Virus record (IMG/VR): IMGVR_UViG_2609460344_000015
Span: 1 to 7,513 of that record
Strand: one strand, 5' to 3'
Source: a virus
Lineage: Duplodnaviria > Heunggongvirae > Uroviricota > Caudoviricetes
DNA: 7,513 nucleotides
Part shown: positions 7,416 to 7,513 of the stretch, in pieces
How the letters are laid out: every line of letters begins with the position of its first letter
How positions within the stretch are numbered: position 1 is the first letter of the stretch
The notes under the pieces: generated by a model
The model's database searches: none
The model's input: the letters and a program-made list of their open reading frames with translations, nothing else
Told to the model about the DNA's origin: nothing
Translations under genes and position numbers: made by a program

Positions 7416-7449
7416 GGCATGCTTTTTACGAAAAAGTAAAAAGCATGCC
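7416..7449. promoter_or_regulatory. Perfect 12-bp inverted repeat (GGCATGCTTTTT / AAAAAGCATGCC) with 10-bp spacer upstream of the ykgJ-like promoter region
   Basis: Arms at 7416-7427 and 7438-7449. Sits where a -35 or activator site would be for the candidate -10; could be an operator or the terminator of the upstream minus-strand gene beyond the window end. Confidence 0.4.
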
Positions 7450-7513
7450 AAATTTGCCATTAACTCTTTGAATATTCAGCACTAATCATCTATTTCGGTT
7501 GCCTTCTTATTCA

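Overview
This 7.5-kb window reads as the late/right-hand end of a decayed lambdoid prophage abutting a chromosomal gene. Protein identities are from reading the translations and my recollection of protein families; no database search was run. On the + strand: a NanS-p-type sialate O-acetylesterase gene broken by a single frame shift (164-2124), two small ORFs, a phage-21-type dual-start holin (2825-3040), a lower-GC moron made of a 26-codon leader ORF plus a 158-aa unknown protein (3044-3600), a SAR-type lysozyme endolysin (3637-4170), a strong intrinsic terminator (4261-4299), a compact array of four small hydrophobic ORFs (4365-4811), and Rz with embedded Rz1 (4813-5280). Directly after Rz, with no terminase, head or tail-shaft genes, comes the 3' part of a tail-fibre gene carrying eight 45-bp collagen-like (Gly-X-Y) tandem repeats (5323-6227; no start codon, one frame break), then a tail-fibre assembly gene (6235-6843). 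After a hairpin terminator the - strand carries a YkgJ-family CxxCxxCC cysteine-cluster gene (6988-7317) with a structured upstream region. No rRNA, tRNA or CRISPR array was seen. The best candidates for undescribed biology are the unknown cargo wedged into the lysis cassette: the holin-endolysin moron and the endolysin-Rz small-membrane-peptide array.
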